This document shows, piece by piece, positions 34,341 through 42,587 of a stretch of DNA of 64,000 bases. The stretch lies in the NCBI RefSeq assembly GCF_056746865.1, contig NZ_CM163382.1, one strand, 5' to 3'. Numbering within the stretch: position 1 is the first letter of the stretch; each line of letters opens with the position of its first letter. Under the pieces are notes generated by a model. That model saw only the letters and a list, made by a program, of their open reading frames with translations. It did no database searches and was not told the DNA's origin. Made by a program: the position numbers and the translations under genes.

Positions 34341-35693
34341 GTGTTTATTGGTTTTGATTACGGTACAGCAAACTGTTCAGTGGCGGTCATGCGCGACGGT
34401 AAGCCGCAATTACTGAAAATGGAAAACGACAGCACGCTGCTGCCTTCAATGCTTTGCGCGCCAACGCGTGAAGCGGTAAGCGAATGGCTGTACCGCCATC
34501 ATGATGTTCCGGCAGACGACGATGAAACGCAGGCGCTGCTGCGTCGGGCGATTCGTTATAACCGCGAAGAAGATATCGATGTTACGGCGAAAAGCGTGCA
34601 GTTCGGTCTTTCCTCACTGGCACAGTACATTGATGATCCAGAAGAAGTGTGGTTTGTGAAATCACCAAAATCGTTCCTCGGTGCCAGCGGCTTAAAACCG
34701 CAGCAGGTAGCGCTGTTTGAGGATCTGGTCTGCGCAATGATGTTGCACATTCGCCAGCAGGCGCAGGCACAGCTGCCAGAAGCGATTACTCAGGCGGTGA
34801 TTGGTCGCCCTATCAACTTCCAGGGGCTTGGCGGCGATGAAGCAAACACCCAGGCGCAGGGGATTCTGGAACGCGCGGCGAAGCGTGCCGGGTTTAAGGA
34901 TGTGGTATTCCAGTACGAGCCGGTCGCGGCTGGGCTGGATTACGAAGCCACCTTGCAGGAAGAAAAACGGGTGCTGGTGGTGGATATCGGCGGTGGTACG
35001 ACTGACTGTTCATTGCTGCTGATGGGGCCGCAGTGGCGTTCGCGTCTCGATCGTGAAGCCAGCCTGCTGGGTCACAGTGGTTGCCGTATTGGCGGTAACG
35101 ATCTGGATATCGCGCTGGCGTTTAAAAACCTGATGCCGTTACTGGGCATGGGTGGCGAAACCGAAAAAGGCATCGCCCTGCCTATTCTGCCGTGGTGGAA
35201 TGCGGTTGCCATCAACGACGTTCCTGCACAGAGTGATTTCTACAGTAGTGCCAACGGTCGTCTGCTTAACGACCTGGTACGCGATGCCCGCGAACCGGAA
35301 AAAGTGGCCCTGTTACAGAAAGTCTGGCGTCAGCGTTTAAGCTATCGCCTGGTACGTAGCGCAGAAGAGAGCAAAATTGCGCTTTCAAGCGTAGCGGAAA
35401 CCCGCGCCTCACTGCCGTTTATCAGCGATGAACTGGCTACGCTGATTAGCCAGCAAGGGCTGGAAAGCGCCCTCAGCCAGCCACTGGCGCGGATTCTGGA
35501 ACAGGTGCAACTGGCGCTGGATAACGCCCAGGAAAAACCGGATGTTATCTATCTGACCGGCGGTAGCGCCCGTTCACCGCTGATTAAAAAAGCGCTGACA
35601 GAACAGTTGCCGGGCATTCCGATTGCAGGTGGCGATGACTTTGGCTCCGTCACCGCCGGGCTCGCACGCTGGGCGGAAGTGGTGTTTCGTTAA
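34341..35693 (+). CDS. yegD: Hsp70-family (DnaK-like actin-fold ATPase) protein YegD (450 aa, GTG start)
   Basis: ORF track frame 34278..35693; start placed at GTG 34341 giving (M)FIGFDYGTANCSVAV; Hsp70 phosphate-binding motifs (DIGGGTTD). Confidence 0.85.
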   Translation: MFIGFDYGTANCSVAVMRDGKPQLLKMENDSTLLPSMLCAPTREAVSEWLYRHHDVPADDDETQALLRRAIRYNREEDIDVTAKSVQFGLSSLAQYIDDPEEVWFVKSPKSFLGASGLKPQQVALFEDLVCAMMLHIRQQAQAQLPEAITQAVIGRPINFQGLGGDEANTQAQGILERAAKRAGFKDVVFQYEPVAAGLDYEATLQEEKRVLVVDIGGGTTDCSLLLMGPQWRSRLDREASLLGHSGCRIGGNDLDIALAFKNLMPLLGMGGETEKGIALPILPWWNAVAINDVPAQSDFYSSANGRLLNDLVRDAREPEKVALLQKVWRQRLSYRLVRSAEESKIALSSVAETRASLPFISDELATLISQQGLESALSQPLARILEQVQLALDNAQEKPDVIYLTGGSARSPLIKKALTEQLPGIPIAGGDDFGSVTAGLARWAEVVFR

Positions 35694-35705
35694 TTGAAAA
35701 CTGGT

Positions 35706-37652
35706 TCAGCAACGGCTTAAATCAGCCTGCGCCTGAGCCAGTTTTTCTGCCGCCTGACGTAACGGTTCCATCAACGGCATGGTCCGTGCTGGAGCATGAA
35801 GGCGGAATCGCTGCAACTCTGTCGCACCGACAGTCAACGCCGATTCCAGCCGATGTCGTTTGGCGGCCATTTTTGCCATTACCGCTTGTCTGTCTGCAGG
35901 CGTTACCGCTTCGTTCGGCCTGAAAACAAAACGGCGTTCGCAACTCGCTTTCCAGTCGATAACCGCCTGGGTCAGATGATCACCAAAACCTTTCACTTGC
36001 TTAACGCTCCGTCGGGTAACGTCTGCCGCCGTTTCAATACCAAAGGACCGTAACGCAGCTTTACGCGCAGGGCCAACGCCGGGAATAGAGGCAACATCAA
36101 TAAAAAATCCCTCCAGAAACTTCTGCTTCTGCCGTTCCCTTGCGGTGTCCTGAAGTGCTGCCAGAGCGCGTTTCTCTTCTTCCGGTAACCCGAGCATTTC
36201 GTCCTTCATTTTTTCGAGCATCGTCCGTTTGGCGATAAAACCTTCCAGCCCGCCCAACTGTTGGATCTGGCTGACTAAATGGTCATAGTCCATTTTCGCG
36301 CGATTAAACGCCTCACGACGTTGCTGGATTTCTGCTTTGTACGCTTTGCTTGTCAGGCTGCCAATAATCCAGATAGCCGCCAGCACAGGAACCAAAATAA
36401 TATAACGCGGTTCTGCCTGAAGGCCGCAAAGCAACAGCGATAACGCTGACAGTGCGATCTCAATCAGAATGATGTATTCACGCCGTAACAGGCCTAAAGG
36501 AAGCGGCCTGCCAGCAGCCTGGAAATGATCGGGTAATGGCAGTTGCAATGCTGGTGGTGCTACTGACGCCATCACCATTGCCCAGACTTTCGCCAGCACA
36601 AAATCACCGCCGGTGGTAATGACCTCTTCGCCGAGATCAATAAAATAGATAACGCCTTGATTATCCAGCGCACACCACGGGCAGTCAGTCAAATGACCGG
36701 GGTAAACATGCATTGCCGAAACGGTACATTTCTTTAACTGTTGGCGTAGAGAATCAAGTGCCGCTACCCACGCTTTTGCCGTCGGACGCCCGGTTGCCAC
36801 GCCACTTTCCGTGAATGCCTGCTGAAACATGGCTTCAACATCGCCCGGTAACATCGACAGCGGAATAGATCGTGGCGGCGGTTTTAAACCACGTCGCTGA
36901 TTATCTGACGCGTAGGCATAACGGAAATGGGCAATATCCGTCTCCAGTGCATTCCCCGCATCAGAGATAAGCGGCACACCAGAATAAGGATGCCGCCCAC
37001 CAAACAAGACGTGAAAAATCAGCAACGCAAGGCCAAAATTATCGTGATTTTCTGTGCGTTCAAAGCCGACAAATGATGGCAAGGTTTGCAGCTCTGGCGG
37101 CGTAAAATGCGACACGCCGACTTCGCATAAATGCAGTGTGCCATTGGCGTTAATCTGAAAGGAGTCGCTATCAATCAACACCACTTTGCTGTCACGGCCT
37201 ACCATAAAGCTGTTCTGGTTTACGTCACCCACGACATGCCCGTGCTCGTGAACCGTAGCAAAAGATGAAGCAATATTGCGCGCAACATAGAGTAGAAAAT
37301 CCCACGCACAATGAGGGTAACGTTGGCGACGATGTGCCGGGCTATAGATCATATGAATCGGTTCTTTACCAGAAACTTTTGGCATCATAAAACCGATAAC
37401 CTTTCCGCCTCGTCCACCGTGAAGCGTTGCCTGCGGCCAGGCGACATAATTCAACAATTGCGCGTCAGCTGTCGCAGCCATAAAGGCAAGTTTGTCCTGT
37501 TTTAAGGCGGGTGGCGGCGTGTGATAAATCTTGGCGACGCTATCGACAAACTCCTCGATATCATAAACCGCGCCTTCGCCACCTTTTCCCAGTTCACGCC
37601 CGAGAGTGGTCAATTCACCTGTCGATGTAAATACTTTTATATTTGTCTTCAT
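35706..37652 (-). CDS. yegI: eukaryotic-like Ser/Thr protein kinase YegI (N-terminal kinase domain, central hydrophobic segments, C-terminal helix-hairpin-helix-like repeats; 648 aa)
   Basis: ORF track 648 aa; Gly-rich loop GKGGEGAVY, catalytic-loop-like HVVGDVNQNS, DFG-like IDSDSF; C-terminal IPGVGPARKAAL and VKGFGDHL. Confidence 0.9.
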   Translation of the reverse strand: MKTNIKVFTSTGELTTLGRELGKGGEGAVYDIEEFVDSVAKIYHTPPPALKQDKLAFMAATADAQLLNYVAWPQATLHGGRGGKVIGFMMPKVSGKEPIHMIYSPAHRRQRYPHCAWDFLLYVARNIASSFATVHEHGHVVGDVNQNSFMVGRDSKVVLIDSDSFQINANGTLHLCEVGVSHFTPPELQTLPSFVGFERTENHDNFGLALLIFHVLFGGRHPYSGVPLISDAGNALETDIAHFRYAYASDNQRRGLKPPPRSIPLSMLPGDVEAMFQQAFTESGVATGRPTAKAWVAALDSLRQQLKKCTVSAMHVYPGHLTDCPWCALDNQGVIYFIDLGEEVITTGGDFVLAKVWAMVMASVAPPALQLPLPDHFQAAGRPLPLGLLRREYIILIEIALSALSLLLCGLQAEPRYIILVPVLAAIWIIGSLTSKAYKAEIQQRREAFNRAKMDYDHLVSQIQQLGGLEGFIAKRTMLEKMKDEMLGLPEEEKRALAALQDTARERQKQKFLEGFFIDVASIPGVGPARKAALRSFGIETAADVTRRSVKQVKGFGDHLTQAVIDWKASCERRFVFRPNEAVTPADRQAVMAKMAAKRHRLESALTVGATELQRFRLHAPARTMPLMEPLRQAAEKLAQAQADLSRC

Positions 37653-37852
37653 AATGTTTTAAGGGCAGTCATATTATATTTTAATGAATAATAACACTGC
37701 CCATTATAATTATTTCCATATTGGAAGAGTCCCACTCAAGAATAAAAATGATAATGCAATTTCATCAGGATACAATTCAACTCCAACCTGATAATGATTC
37801 ACTTCCACAGATTTTTTGCTAACTTTTACTACACAGGGATTCTGGAAAAAAG

Positions 37853-38314
37853 ATGAAAAAGATATTACTTATGTTGAGTCTGCTATTTTTTACTACCGCG
37901 GGCTTTAGTGAAGTTTCGGATACGTTAGTGACGGGAGGTTATGATAAACAAGCGATGTCTGACGCCATTCAACATGCGCGGAAAGAAACCGATCAATTCA
38001 TCGAAATTATGAATAAAAAAGATGCCGATACTTTCGCGGTCAAAGCCCCGATAACCGATCACGGAAGAACAGAGCATTTCTGGCTTACGGATGTCACTTA
38101 TTCTAACGGCATGTTTATTGGCGTAATAAGCAATGACCCTGGTATTGTTACAAACGTAGAATATGGTCAGGAGTGGAAAATCAAGAAAGAAGATATTTCA
38201 GACTGGATGTATACGCGCGGGGATAAAATTTACGGCGGTTATACCATTGTTCCTTTATTGGTCACCTATCCAAAAGAAGAAGCCGACGAGCTAAGAGCAA
38301 AATTAGTTCGCTAA
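37853..38314 (+). CDS. yegJ: secreted/periplasmic protein YegJ (DUF2314-type, signal peptide, 153 aa)
   Basis: ORF track 153 aa; signal peptide MKKILLMLSLLFFTTAGFS. Confidence 0.85.
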   Translation: MKKILLMLSLLFFTTAGFSEVSDTLVTGGYDKQAMSDAIQHARKETDQFIEIMNKKDADTFAVKAPITDHGRTEHFWLTDVTYSNGMFIGVISNDPGIVTNVEYGQEWKIKKEDISDWMYTRGDKIYGGYTIVPLLVTYPKEEADELRAKLVR

Positions 38315-38378
38315 CCAGCCATTATATTAATTGCTTAAACTGGCGGTTGAACTGTTGTCTTCAACCGCCATGCGATGT

Positions 38379-39140
38379 TCATTCTGTCCACAGCGCCAGT
38401 GCCAACGTTTTATCATCATCGGTACGCTCGTTTACCGCCGGGCCGGACAAAAACTGCTTTAACAATTCAGGTAATAAATCGAGTTGTTCCTGCGTTGCTG
38501 ACGCCAGCCCATTGAAAAACGGGGTAAAGAAAGGCACATGGGGAGAATTATCCAGCATATTTAACGCCAGCCGCTGGATACCATCCGTAAATGCTGCAAC
38601 TTTGTGCGCACGCTCAGTGCTGGTGAAAGTTTCCAGTCTGGAAACCGCATCTTCATCGGTAATGAAGTGCGTCATGTTGGCATATTCACCCACCATCGGC
38701 GTGAGCGGCAGTTGCAGACCGTGCCCCAAATCTACCACCACGCCGCCATCGCCAATCTGCATAATCAAGGTGCCGTCAGGCGATGAAATCAGTCCCAGAA
38801 ATGTGCAGGCAAAATCGCGAACCGCTAATTCTTTGGCTTCCGCCTCGGCAAAAAGTCGCTGACGAATGGTCAGCACAATATCCGTGGCGAGGACATCATT
38901 AAGCCCCAATTCCCCGCCCTGCACTTTTTGCGACATATAAGCCATCGCTTCATTGACGGCGAGCATCGCGCCTTCGCCACCCTGCGAGACACTGCCTGCG
39001 CCATCAGCGACAAATACCGACAATAATGGCTGCTGGTCATTTAACCAGGCAACCTGCATCTGGCAGGCATCCTGGCAAGGCAAGTCCGCGCTGATGTGCG
39101 ACGTTCCAACGGTTGATGCATAGACCAGACGCCAGCTCAC
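38379..39140 (-). CDS. yegK: PP2C-family Ser/Thr protein phosphatase YegK/PphC (253 aa)
   Basis: ORF track 253 aa; PP2C-like N-terminus ([20 protein letters not shown]). Confidence 0.9.
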   Translation of the reverse strand: MSWRLVYASTVGTSHISADLPCQDACQMQVAWLNDQQPLLSVFVADGAGSVSQGGEGAMLAVNEAMAYMSQKVQGGELGLNDVLATDIVLTIRQRLFAEAEAKELAVRDFACTFLGLISSPDGTLIMQIGDGGVVVDLGHGLQLPLTPMVGEYANMTHFITDEDAVSRLETFTSTERAHKVAAFTDGIQRLALNMLDNSPHVPFFTPFFNGLASATQEQLDLLPELLKQFLSGPAVNERTDDDKTLALALWTE

Positions 39141-39796
39141 ACTGACGTCCAGCCTTTTGGCGCTTCCAGCACAACTTCCGTTCCCGGCGTGGAGCGGGAA
39201 ACCGAACGCAGCGAACTGGATAACCAGCTAAACAGTTCACGGAATTGTAATCCCTGCAGTGGCAAAGGCTGACGAACGCTGATTTGTGCCAAAGTCTTCA
39301 TATCCGCCCCCTGAACACCGATGGAAAAGAAGGCAAACTTCTTATCTTCTTCCCCCTGAAACACTTTGTTGGCGGCAGCCTGCCACTCATCGGTTGGTGC
39401 GCCATCAGTGATCAGGAAAATCCACGGACGATAATAGGAAATACCATTGGCGCGATACTCACGTTTGCGCTCCTCAACCATATCCAGGGCTTTGGTAATG
39501 GCGGCCCCCATTGGTGTATCGCCTTGGGCAAACAGGATGGGCGGGAAAAAATTAGCGGCGCTGGTAAAGGGTTGTTCCACATGCACCGGGCCGAACGTCA
39601 CAATGCCGAGTTCCACTCTTTTTAAGGCCAGCGAATCGGCAAGCAGCTCATCGCGAAAGGTAACCAATCCGGCGTTAAGTTCATTAATAGGTCTACCGTT
39701 CATAGAACCAGAAACATCCAGCAGCAAAATGCAGGGGCAACGTGGTTCCGGGTTACTGGCAAAATCGCTGGTGGCAAACATGATTTGTTCGCTCAT
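39137..39796 (-). CDS. yegL: von Willebrand factor A (vWA) domain protein YegL (TerY-like, 219 aa)
   Basis: ORF track 219 aa; MIDAS motif DVSGSM; 4-nt overlap with yegK. Confidence 0.9.
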   Translation of the reverse strand: MSEQIMFATSDFASNPEPRCPCILLLDVSGSMNGRPINELNAGLVTFRDELLADSLALKRVELGIVTFGPVHVEQPFTSAANFFPPILFAQGDTPMGAAITKALDMVEERKREYRANGISYYRPWIFLITDGAPTDEWQAAANKVFQGEEDKKFAFFSIGVQGADMKTLAQISVRQPLPLQGLQFRELFSWLSSSLRSVSRSTPGTEVVLEAPKGWTSV

Positions 39797-39976
39797 AAGA
39801 AATCCTTTCTTAGAGAATTATTGAGGTCCGGTATCATACCGATTGCAATAATGAAATAAGAGCAAACGAAGAAACTTTCAGAATTAGGCCCGGCGGCGCA
39901 GAAAATTTTGCTATTCGCCTCGCAAGAACGGAGAGCCGTCGATTGACACTAAGGGCGGAGTGACATAATTTCAGGA

Positions 39977-40120
39977 GTGAGGGTTAGGGAGAGGTTTCCC
40001 CCTCCCCCTGGTGTTCTTAGTAAGCCTGGAAGCTAATCACTAAGAGTATCACCAGTATGATGACGTGCTTCATCATAACCCTTTCCTTATTAAAAGCCCT
40101 CTTCTCCGGGAGAGGGTTTC
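39977..40120 (+). ncRNA. sibA: Sib-family antisense sRNA (antitoxin of ibs copy 1); ends approximate
   Basis: Plus-strand TTGACA (39943-39948) with downstream -10-like cataat; GC hairpin gccctcttctccgggagagggt + T-run at ~40096-40120; fully covers the ibs ORF on the opposite strand. Confidence 0.5.
40017..40076 (-). CDS. ibsA: type I toxin Ibs family, 19 aa: MMKHVIILVILLVISFQAY
   Basis: Reverse complement of 40017-40076 translated by hand; hydrophobic Ibs-type peptide; too short for the ORF track. Confidence 0.8.
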   Translation of the reverse strand: MMKHVIILVILLVISFQAY

Positions 40121-40312
40121 CCGTTTCAGCGTCCCGCTGAAATCGTCGGCTTACCTCCTTTCGCCCTGAATGCAGTCTATCGCTAACGCGTGAACAAAAT
40201 AGTTTCCTCTGTGATTATTGCGTAACGACTCGCAAAGAATATTTGCTGGCAGGATCGCAGACTGCAAAGCCTGCAGATTGACAATCTTATCGTGAAGGCA
40301 TACTTTCAGGAG

Positions 40313-40446
40313 TGAGGGTAGAGCGGGGTTTCCCCCGCCCTGGTAGTCTTAGTATGCTGGGTAGCTAATCACTAAGAGCACCACGATGATGAGTATCTTC
40401 ATCATGACCCTTTCCTTATTTAAGGCCCCTTCCTCGGGAGGGGCTT
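40313..40446 (+). ncRNA. Sib-family antisense sRNA (copy 2); ends approximate
   Basis: TTGACA at 40278-40283, 17-nt spacer, -10-like tacttt; terminator hairpin ggccccttcctcgggaggggc + ttt at 40423-40446. Confidence 0.5.
40348..40404 (-). CDS. type I toxin Ibs family, 18 aa: MMKILIIVVLLVISYPAY
   Basis: Hand translation of reverse complement; IbsB-like. Confidence 0.75.
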
Positions 40447-40640
40447 TCCCGTTTCAGCGTCCCGCTAAAATCGTCGGCTTACCTCCTTTCGCCCTGAATG
40501 CAGTCTATCGCTAACGCGTGAACAAAATAGTTTCCTCTGTGATTATTGCGTAACGACTCGCAAAGAATATTTGCTGGCAGGATCGCAGACTGCAAAGCCT
40601 GCAGATTGACAATCTTATCGTGAAGGCATACTTTCAGGAG

Positions 40641-40775
40641 TGAGGGTAGAGCGGGGGTTCCCCCGCCCTGGTAGTCTTAGTAAGCCGGGAAGCTTATGAC
40701 TAAGAGCACCACGATGATGATCCACTTCATCATGACCCTTTCCTTATTTAAGGCCCCTTCCTCGGGAGGGGCTTT
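40641..40775 (+). ncRNA. Sib-family antisense sRNA (copy 3); ends approximate
   Basis: Same promoter and terminator architecture as copy 2 (TTGACA 40606-40611; hairpin ~40752-40775). Confidence 0.5.
40677..40733 (-). CDS. type I toxin Ibs family, 18 aa: MMKWIIIVVLLVISFPAY
   Basis: Hand translation of reverse complement; IbsB-like. Confidence 0.75.
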   Translation of the reverse strand: MMKWIIIVVLLVISFPAY

Positions 40776-40968
40776 CCCGTTTCAGCGTCCCGCTGAAATC
40801 ATCGGCTTACCTCCTTTCGCCCTGAATGCAGTCTATCGCTGACTTGCGGATAAAATAGTTTCACATGTGATTATTGTGTAACGTCTCGCAAAGAATATTT
40901 GCTGGCAGGATCGCAGACTGCAAAGCCTGCAGATTGACAATCTTATCGTGAAGGCATACTTTCAGGAG

Positions 40969-41103
40969 TGAGGGTAGAGCGGGGTTTCCCCCGCCCTGGT
41001 AGTCTTAGTATGCTGGGTAGCTAATCACTAAGAGCACCACGATGATGAGTAGCTTCATCATGACCCTTTCCTTATTTAAGGCCCCTTCCTCGGGAGGGGC
41101 TTT
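40969..41103 (+). ncRNA. Sib-family antisense sRNA (copy 4); ends approximate
   Basis: Same architecture (TTGACA 40934-40939; hairpin ~41080-41103). Confidence 0.5.
41005..41061 (-). CDS. type I toxin Ibs family, 18 aa: MMKLLIIVVLLVISYPAY
   Basis: Hand translation of reverse complement; IbsB-like. Confidence 0.75.
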   Translation of the reverse strand: MMKLLIIVVLLVISYPAY

Positions 41104-41268
41104 CCCGTTTCAGCGTCCCGCTGAAATCGTCGGCTTACCTCCTTTCGCCATGCAAGCAGTCTATCGCTAACGCGTAGATAAAATAGTTTCATGTGTTATT
41201 ACTGGATGCGTGCTCGCAAATGTGCCCGTCATTCAGACGATTCCCGACAGTGTTTCATAATTCCTCCA

Positions 41269-41286
41269 TTTTTCTCCCTTATTGGC
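41269..41286 (+). promoter_or_regulatory. BaeR-box-like site upstream of mdtA (tttttctcccttattggc), preceded by a similar half-site ttcctccatt
   Basis: Match by eye to the remembered BaeR consensus TTTTTCTCCATDATTGGC; ~55 nt upstream of the mdtA start. Confidence 0.5.
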
Positions 41287-41339
41287 TGGCTACACTAGTA
41301 TCATTCCGCGAAACGTTTCAGGAAGAGAAACTCTTAACG

Positions 41340-42587
41340 ATGAAAGGCAGTTATAAATCCCGTTGGGTAATCGTAATCGTGGTGGTTATCGCCGCCATCG
41401 CCGCATTCTGGTTCTGGCAAGGCCGCAATGACTCCCGGAGTGCAGCCCCAGGGGCGACGAAACAAGCGCAGCAATCGCCAGCGGGTGGTCGCCGTGGTAT
41501 GCGTTCCGGCCCATTAGCCCCGGTTCAGGCGGCGACCGCCGTAGAACAGGCAGTTCCGCGTTACCTCACCGGGCTTGGCACCATTACCGCCGCTAATACC
41601 GTTACGGTGCGCAGCCGCGTGGACGGCCAACTGATAGCGTTACATTTCCAGGAAGGCCAGCAGGTCAAAGCAGGCGATTTACTGGCAGAAATTGACCCAA
41701 GCCAGTTCAAAGTTGCATTAGCACAAGCCCAGGGCCAACTGGCAAAAGATAAAGCCACGCTTGCCAACGCCCGCCGTGACCTGGCGCGTTATCAACAACT
41801 GGTAAAAACCAATCTCGTATCTCGTCAGGAGCTGGATGCCCAACAGGCGCTGGTCAGTGAAACCGAAGGCACCATTAAGGCTGATGAAGCAAGCGTCGCC
41901 AGCGCGCAGCTGCAACTCGACTGGAGCCGCATCACCGCACCAGTCGATGGTCGCGTTGGTCTCAAGCAGGTTGATGTTGGTAACCAAATCTCCAGTGGTG
42001 ATACCACCGGGATTGTGGTGATCACCCAGACGCACCCTATCGATTTAGTCTTTACCCTGCCGGAAAGCGATATCGCTACCGTAGTACAGGCGCAAAAAGC
42101 CGGAAAACCGCTGGTTGTTGAAGCCTGGGATCGCACCAACTCGAAGAAATTAAGTGAAGGCACGCTGTTAAGCCTCGATAACCAAATCGATGCCACTACC
42201 GGTACGATTAAAGTGAAAGCACGCTTTAATAATCAGGATGATGCACTGTTTCCCAATCAGTTTGTTAACGCGCGTATGTTAGTCGACACCGAACAAAACG
42301 CCGTGGTGATCCCCACCGCCGCCCTGCAAATGGGCAATGAAGGCCATTTTGTCTGGGTGCTGAATAGCGAAAACAAGGTCAGCAAACATCTGGTGACGCC
42401 GGGCATTCAGGACAGTCAGAAAGTGGTGATCCGCGCAGGTATTTCTGCGGGCGACCGCGTAGTGACGGACGGAATTGATCGCCTGACCGAAGGGGCGAAA
42501 GTGGAAGTGGTAGAAGCTCAAAGCGCCACCACTTCGGAAGAGAAAGCCACCAGCCGCGAATACGCGAAAAAAGGAGCACGCTCCTGA
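41340..42587 (+). CDS. mdtA: RND efflux membrane fusion protein MdtA (415 aa)
   Basis: ORF track frame 41193..42587; start placed at ATG 41340 giving [23 protein letters not shown]. Confidence 0.9.
   Translation: MKGSYKSRWVIVIVVVIAAIAAFWFWQGRNDSRSAAPGATKQAQQSPAGGRRGMRSGPLAPVQAATAVEQAVPRYLTGLGTITAANTVTVRSRVDGQLIALHFQEGQQVKAGDLLAEIDPSQFKVALAQAQGQLAKDKATLANARRDLARYQQLVKTNLVSRQELDAQQALVSETEGTIKADEASVASAQLQLDWSRITAPVDGRVGLKQVDVGNQISSGDTTGIVVITQTHPIDLVFTLPESDIATVVQAQKAGKPLVVEAWDRTNSKKLSEGTLLSLDNQIDATTGTIKVKARFNNQDDALFPNQFVNARMLVDTEQNAVVIPTAALQMGNEGHFVWVLNSENKVSKHLVTPGIQDSQKVVIRAGISAGDRVVTDGIDRLTEGAKVEVVEAQSATTSEEKATSREYAKKGARS

Larger units (their letters stand above)
39941..41200. repeat. four tandem ~330-bp repeat units (starts ~39941, 40276, 40604, 40932), each one ibs toxin gene (minus) with antisense Sib RNA (plus)
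   Basis: Direct repeats read in sequence; units 2-4 near-identical, unit 1 more diverged; shared blocks gattgaca..ttcaggagtgaggg and cagtctatcgct..caaagaatatttgctggcaggatcgcagactgcaaagcctgca. Confidence 0.85.

Noticed and set aside
39941-41200. Possible CRISPR array suggested by regularly spaced repeats
   Set aside because: Repeat unit is ~330 bp with no short 28-37-bp direct repeats separated by unique spacers and no cas genes nearby; the units encode ibs/sib type I TA pairs instead.
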